Source: Eledone cirrhosa (lineage: Eukaryota). From it: a DNA stretch of 64,000 nt. Position 1 is the first letter of the stretch, and each line of letters begins with the position of its first letter. Location of the stretch: positions 90,458,001-90,522,000 of the forward strand of contig OZ024744.1 of NCBI GenBank assembly GCA_964016885.1, written 5' to 3'. The notes beneath the pieces were generated by a model that was given only the letters and a program-made list of their open reading frames with translations, searched no databases and was not told the DNA's origin. Positions 60,692 to 64,000 of the stretch are shown here, piece by piece. A program made the translations under genes and the position numbers.

Positions 60692-62775
60692 ATCATCATC
60701 ATCATCGTTTAACGTCTATCTTCCATGCTAGCATGGGTGTAGACAGGAGTTGTCCCACTTGAGGCAGGACTATCTGGCAGGTTTTCTATGGCTGGATGCC
60801 CTTCCTAACACCAACCACATTACAGCGTGGACTGTGTGTTTTTTTGCCGCTTTAGTTTGGACGGGATGTTGTGATACCACCATAACTTTACAGAGAAAGG
60901 GGTGGTGTTGGTGGGAGTGGGAGGATAGAGTAGGAGTAGTGGGTTGGGGTGTATATTTAGTTAAGAAGTGCCTATTGACTGTAGGTTAACTTTGCACGTA
61001 GAGAAGACGGGTTTTCTGTATTACTGCATGGTGCCAAAGATCTTGGTCCAGTGACATTGTCTTAGAGAGTTGTAAGTGTGTAAGGTCAGAATTTATCAAA
61101 TCATCGCAGGTTTTTCTGGGTCTACCTACTCCGTAACTTCAATTTTGATCGCCCTGCACTTTTTTATACAGCTGTCGTCTTTCATGCGCATCACGTGACC
61201 ATACCAACGTAGTCTTCTCTCGAGTAAACAGCATCTGATCCCTCTTATTCCTAATTTCTTGCTTAGTTCATTTATGCTTTACCGTTTGCGTATATTACTA
61301 TTACACATCCAACGGAGCATGCATGCTTCGTTCCTCTCCAGTCTGCGCAGGTCCTCTGCACACAATGCTCATATCTCACTGCCATGTAACATTGCTGTTC
61401 GTATACAGGCATCATACAATCTGCCTTTCATTTTTAGAGAAAAGGCTTCAGTGGCCAATAGTGGTATAAGCTCTCTGAACTTTATCCATCCCATTCTAAC
61501 TCTGGCTACTGTACTTTCAGAGTACCCTCCACCACTGCTGATTTTGTCACCCAGGTAACAGAAAGTGTCCACTATTTCTATAGAACCATCTGGGCAATAG
61601 AAGGAGTTAGTATCCTGTGAGCACTTGTTACTTATTGCACCTAAGCATCGGCCACATATAAAATCTACGCGCTTAGATAGTTTACCTGTGATTCCACTAC
61701 ATCTTTTATGTACCCATAATTTGTGTTTGGGACATAAAATGGAATTTCTGCCCTATTTTCCTTTCTACATACTAGAACTTTAGTCTTAGACAAATTAACT
61801 TTAAGGCCTTTTGATTCTAGGCCATGCTTCCATGTTTGGAATTTCTTCTCTAGTTCAGCCATGGATTCAGCTATGAGAGTTAGATCATCTGCATATAGAA
61901 GTTCCCATGGGCAGCCAGCCTTGAACTCCTCTGTTATAGCCTGAAGGGCAATAATGAATAGGAGGGGACTAAGGACAGAGCCTTGATGAACACCAACTTT
62001 TAGGCTAAATTCTTCACTATATTCATTGTCAATTCTAACCTTGCTGACTGTTTCTTTATACATGGATTGTATAGCTCTCACAAGCCATTCATCTACTCTT
62101 AGTTTTCTAAGAGCCCACCCGATAATGGAGCAGGGGACTATGTCAAAGGCTTTTTCCAAGTCAACAAAAGCTAAGTAGAGGGGTTTACTTTTAGCTAGGT
62201 ACTTCTCTTGTAGTTGTCGTACAAGGAAAAGAGCGTCTGTGGTACTTTTACCTGACACAAACCCAAACTACATTTCATCTAGATCAATTCTCTCTCTGAT
62301 TAGTTGCGCTATAACTCTTTCTATGACCTTCATGACCTGGTCAACTAACTTAAAGCCTCTATAGAGTATCTCCTTTACCCTTGTAGCAGTTAATGATGAT
62401 GTTGCTATGCCAGTCATTTGGTATGATCCCATTCTGTATTACTTGGTTTACTATCCGGGTGACCATAGTGTGTCCCACCATTCCAGATGCTTTCAACATC
62501 TCAGCAGCTATCTCCGAAGGCCCAGCTGCCTTGCCTGTCTTTGATTGCCTTACTTATTATATTACCTTTAACTTCCACCTTGGATCGATTTGGGGCAGAC
62601 TATCTTTTTTCCATTTATTCTCCTCTGTTAGTAGTCTCTCATAGTGACACTTCCAAGCTACCTTCTTATCAGTATCAGTGAGAGCAAGTACACTATCATC
62701 ATTACGGACACACTTCTCCTTGACAATATCACGGTTTTCCTTGACATATTGTCTTGCAATCCTGAACACCTTCAG
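60692..62775 (-). mobile_element. Moderately diverged 5'-truncated RTE LINE with frameshifts
   Basis: ORFs 61665..62258 and 61369..61572 match the RTE RT; (ATC)n tail at the left. Confidence 0.92.
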
Positions 62776-63274
62776 ACATAGCTGTATACAGATATGTATA
62801 GAAATTTTGTATTTCTAAAGAAACAAGGTATGATTACAGGTAAAGATTTAGAAAGCCGTAGCTATGCAAAAAAACACCTGGGCTAACACCCTCTGGTGGT
62901 GTCCAGCAGAAGCAAGGGGGACAATCAGTGATGCATTTTGGACTTGACTGGTTCTCATCAGGACAATCCCTCCCACACTTGCGACTGCTGGACTTGAAAA
63001 CAGTCGAGAATATATAGTCTTCTTGTCTGTTTAAATGAGGTGATTAATCTCTCTCTCTCTCTATATATATATATACATAGAGAGAGACAGAGGGAGAGGG
63101 AGAGAGAGAGAGAGAAAAAGAGAGAGTCTTGCATTGCGGAGAGGAAAGAGACCACTAATCATGGGAGTACTCAATGCATGTGGAACTGTAGAGTGGGTAT
63201 AGAGATATGTATAATTCCGACTGCTTGCTGAACACACATGCTGAAACTGGTTGGTGCTGCAATTGGGATTATGC

Positions 63275-63336
<62 letters not shown>

Positions 63337-63337
63337 G

Positions 63338-63369
<32 letters not shown>

Positions 63370-63372
<3 letters not shown>

Positions 63373-63877
63373 GGATGATAGCTGCATAAAAAAAGTGCAG
63401 AGCACTAGAAGTTGATGGAAGCCGTGGAGTGGGGAGACCCAAGAAGACCTGGGATGAGGTGATAAAAGCCGACCTTACCCAATTGCACCTCCCAAAGGCG
63501 ATGACACAGGACCGTGACCTCTGGCGTCACGCAGTAATATAGAAGACCCGACTTCCCAAGAGTACAAGCCGAAGCTGAAGCATGTAGACAATATGCCCCA
63601 CACCCTCCCACTGCAAAGTGGTCGTGGAGGTGCCTCGCCATAAAAGCACCCAGCCCACACTGTAAAGTGGTCGTGTAAGCGCCATGGAAAAAAAGCTCCC
63701 AGTACTCATTGTAAATGAGGTTGGTGTTAGGAAGGGCATCCAGCTGTAGAAATCAAGCCAAAATCAGTTCCATATGAGCAAGACAAGGTCACCTGACCTG
63801 GCACTGCCCACAACAGGACAACCCGTCTAACCCATGCTAACATGGAAGAACGGACGTAAAACGGTGATGATGATGAT
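63370..63877 (+). mobile_element. RTE LINE 3' end
   Basis: GRPKKTWDEVIKADL...DRDLWR, 3' UTR repeats and (GAT)n. Confidence 0.88.
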
Positions 63878-64000
63878 ACACATATATATATATATTATAC
63901 ATAATATACACAAACATATATATGATATATATAGCCCAAGGTAAAAAAAAGGAAAGGCATAAAATGTATTAGTTTAATGCTTTGGATAAAGGAGAGAGAA

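Overview
This is repeat-saturated, AT-rich animal DNA, most likely octopus or another cephalopod (inferred from the RTE, SINE and (TA)n landscape), with no confident host gene. It holds multi-kb (TA)n-type microsatellites (the source of all 'YIYI' ORFs), many RTE-clade LINE copies whose RT carries a PHD-like finger, Tx1/L1 and CR1 fragments, tRNA-derived SINEs, MITEs, a Helentron-like element and a 5'-truncated Penelope-like element (RT plus GIY-YIG). The main signal is a hammerhead-ribozyme (HHR) retroelement system. A 3.35-kb array of near-identical 310-bp units (8272-11623) carries one minimal type I hammerhead per unit, as a non-LTR retrozyme/circRNA would, and is arranged as two head-to-head arms whose junction falls on the ribozyme GAAA. 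At least seven other apparently unrelated short elements also carry hammerheads; most are head-to-head fold-backs in or beside (TA)n. All ribozyme calls were made by eye from core motifs and base pairing; activity is untested.
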